NCBI GenBank assembly: GCA_963693365.1 | Contig: CAVNZM010000015.1 | Span: forward strand, 5,836,624-5,900,623 | Reading direction: 5' to 3' | Length of the DNA stretch: 64,000 nucleotides | Source of the DNA: Amoebidium appalachense | Taxonomy: Eukaryota > Protista > Ichthyosporea | In this document: one piece after another, positions 61,600 through 64,000 of the stretch | How positions within the stretch are numbered: the first letter of the stretch is position 1 | Layout of the letters: the number at the start of each line of letters is the position of its first letter | Notes under the pieces: model-generated | The model's input: the letters and a program-made list of their open reading frames with translations, nothing else | Database searches by the model: none | What the model was told of the DNA's origin: nothing | Translations under genes and position numbers: made by a program

Positions 61600-62734
61600 A
61601 AATGGAAACGGTCCTTCGTACACTGGATGCCAATGGCGGGTTGGACGACACGGACTTTGCAAATGGCAGTGTTCCAGTTGCCACCATGTTTACCACTGTG
61701 ACATCCAATCAACGTAAGCCCGTGCGTCCATCAAAAACGACATTGTCGCATCCGGCAGGTACACCAGTGCGCTCTGAGCCAGAACACAACACAGGGTCGT
61801 CGGATCCAGCTTCGCCAATTTCGTCGTCGGGTTTACCAGTGCAGGTGACGGCGCCCCGTCACAAGTACCACCTTCTTCGGCAATGGCACAACCGCCCCGT
61901 AAGCGTGCCAAGGTGACACTGGAGCCCGAGGTAACTGACTTAACGTCGTATACACCCGAAGTGGACCCACCAGTGTCGCCGGTCCCATCAACTAATGATT
62001 GCAACCCTTGCCCCACTGTGCCCATCCCCGTCTCTCTCCCGTCAAAATGGCCCGGGAATGTCAGTGAGTCTGTGTTTACACACTACTGCAACAGCGCAGA
62101 CCCAGTTTATGACGTCACCCCCGTGCCGATGGATGCTTTCTCATTCAACAGCAACGCCACCTTTAGTTTCCGTCCAAGATTTTCATGGGAAATGAATTTC
62201 TGTTTCATCATCACCGTATTGGACGGATTAAACTGTGGGCTGATAAAATCCAACGTGCCACCTTTACATCTTAAGCCAACCGGACTGGACGTTTGGGACC
62301 GGATGATTGCTGCCTTAAAGCACCGCGAGAAGCATACAGCAAATATCCGGGCCATCGCTCATCGACTGGCACGGGTGTGGAAGGTAACACGATACAGGAT
62401 TGGGGACATAAGTTCTACGGACAAGTTGTTTGACGCGCTTCAATGTGACATTAGCGGTTCGGATTACCTCACGGGTGTCCCGCTGGATGGGTCTACTAGT
62501 CGTCCGATATTCCGAGACAACGTGGTACCCCCTCACGTGACAATCATAACCGCTACATGCGTTAAATGCACTGGCGTGTTGTTATGTGGCTCACCGATCT
62601 GGTTTTTGATTGGTGCGGCTGGATGGCATTCCTGTCCCACAATCACGGCTACGAAATTGCTTTGGTATAAAAGCAATTCGGTAGGTCAGTTCATCTGGGG
62701 AATGATTGCCGGTAATGGTGATCTGGCACAATAA
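61596..62734 (+). pseudogene. Probable disrupted C-terminal continuation of the integrase gene, function unknown
   Basis: Overlapping ORFs 61596-61916 and 61883-62734 directly after the chromodomain. Confidence 0.4.
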
Positions 62735-62764
62735 ATGGTTGCGCCTTTCAATGACGTACACCTA

Positions 62765-63561
62765 CATCAGCAAACATCTCCCGGCATCTTTTTTCCGTCT
62801 CAAACCAGTCTGGGACATCCTAAACCCGTAACCCATCCTGAACCATACCCTTTGTAACCGTTGTTAGTTAGAGATGACTCCAAGCTATCCCTAACCCGTC
62901 CGGCTTTAGCAGGCGATATTAAAGACATCTCTGTAAGTACGTCCTTAGCATATCTGTAACCCGGCGAAACCCTATCCCGTGTTCCATCTGTTTCCTCCCC
63001 CAAGCATATCTTAGAGCCGTCTTTGTTATGTCTTAAACGAATCTATAAAAAGACAATATTTATGAACTTTTACTAAAAAGATATCCCCAGCATATCTGTA
63101 AGCTATCGATCAGCCGTCTACAAGAGCGCTTTGCGATCACCAATATCCATCTTTAATACTACTTTATGTAGTTCAGACGAGCATATATGGCATACTTAAC
63201 ACCTCTTGAAGAATTTGCAGAGATATATTACAGATATGTTGTGGTTAACCTAAATGTATCCTTACGATGTAGTTATGTAATATGTTATTTCAGTCTAACA
63301 CGAGTTGTCGACTTTAAAACGTACTAAAAGCAACTCACCGATAGGCTAGGGATATTTTTATTGGTACATAGTGACACAAACAAGATATGCGTGAGACGTA
63401 TTTACGTCATAATATAGATTCATCATCAATTGAGGAAAAGACACAATTAATATACACTTTAGACGGCTTTAGGACGGCCTAACGTTATATATGGTCGCTC
63501 CCATAGATAGAATAATTATATATTCATAGTTCTGGTAAGAGCACCGGAAGATTTCTTGATG
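62765..63561. mobile_element. Candidate ~800-bp non-autonomous element with CATCA termini
   Basis: CATCAGCAAACATCTCCCGG at 62765 and CCGGAAGATTTCTTGATG ending 63561 form an imperfect inverted pair like the Plavaka TIR; flanks TA/CA mismatch. Confidence 0.4.
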
Positions 63562-63687
63562 CAATTTTAAAGCCATCTTTCAGGATGTTCTAAAAGTCAC
63601 ACTAAAAAGACCGTCGTCATCCTTAAAGTCATCTGTTGGATGGCTGGAGGTTGTCGTGATGATATCTTAAACCCCCACCTCCCCTCC

Positions 63688-63719
<32 letters not shown>

Positions 63720-63721
<2 letters not shown>

Positions 63722-63860
63722 ACCCACCCCACATGAACCTTTGACGATCGATGACGACGATGAGGTGCCAGACCCACAGGGTCTTTTCCTGGGGACCACC
63801 ACCCACCCCACATGAACCTTTGACGATCGATGACGACGACGAGGTGCCAGACCCACAAGG
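63720..63860. repeat. Tandem duplication, ~80-bp period
   Basis: ACCCACCCCACATGAACCTTTGACGATCGATGACGACGAYGAGGTGCCAGACCCACA twice. Confidence 0.85.
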
Positions 63861-64000
63861 TCTTGCCTCCATACTTTATTTACCTTAACAGGACAAAGAG
63901 CCGGTACCCACCTATGGGTGCTAAACATGCACATGATCATTCATGTGCTATAAGAGCAACACAGAAACGAAACACGGAAACAACAGCAGCGATAGGACAA

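Overview
Eukaryotic (spliceosomal GT-AG introns packed with (CA)n and poly-C/G runs) transposon-dense region with no clear ordinary host gene; host species not identifiable from the sequence. Contents: (1) five copies of one Ngaro-type tyrosine-recombinase retrotransposon family with split direct repeats (A1-gag-RT/RH-YR-B1-A2-spacer-B2), in two A-repeat subtypes, one nested inside another; (2) a ~25.8 kb DNA transposon (24333-50089; 15-bp perfect TIRs, 2-bp AT target duplication, empty site visible in the window) with a multi-exon Plavaka-type transposase and, divergently, a multi-exon gene with a KDM4/JMJD2-like JmjC domain; (3) a degraded multi-exon RAG1-core/Transib-like DDE transposase (16794->5267) convergent with a BAH-domain gene; (4) an intron-containing integrase-chromodomain gene (Ginger-like) whose inferred first intron (23307-59400) contains (2) and three Ngaro copies, preceded by a 3.5-kb palindrome array. 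Best candidate for a new system: a DNA transposon carrying its own putative histone demethylase. All protein calls rest on motif recognition by eye; no searches were run.
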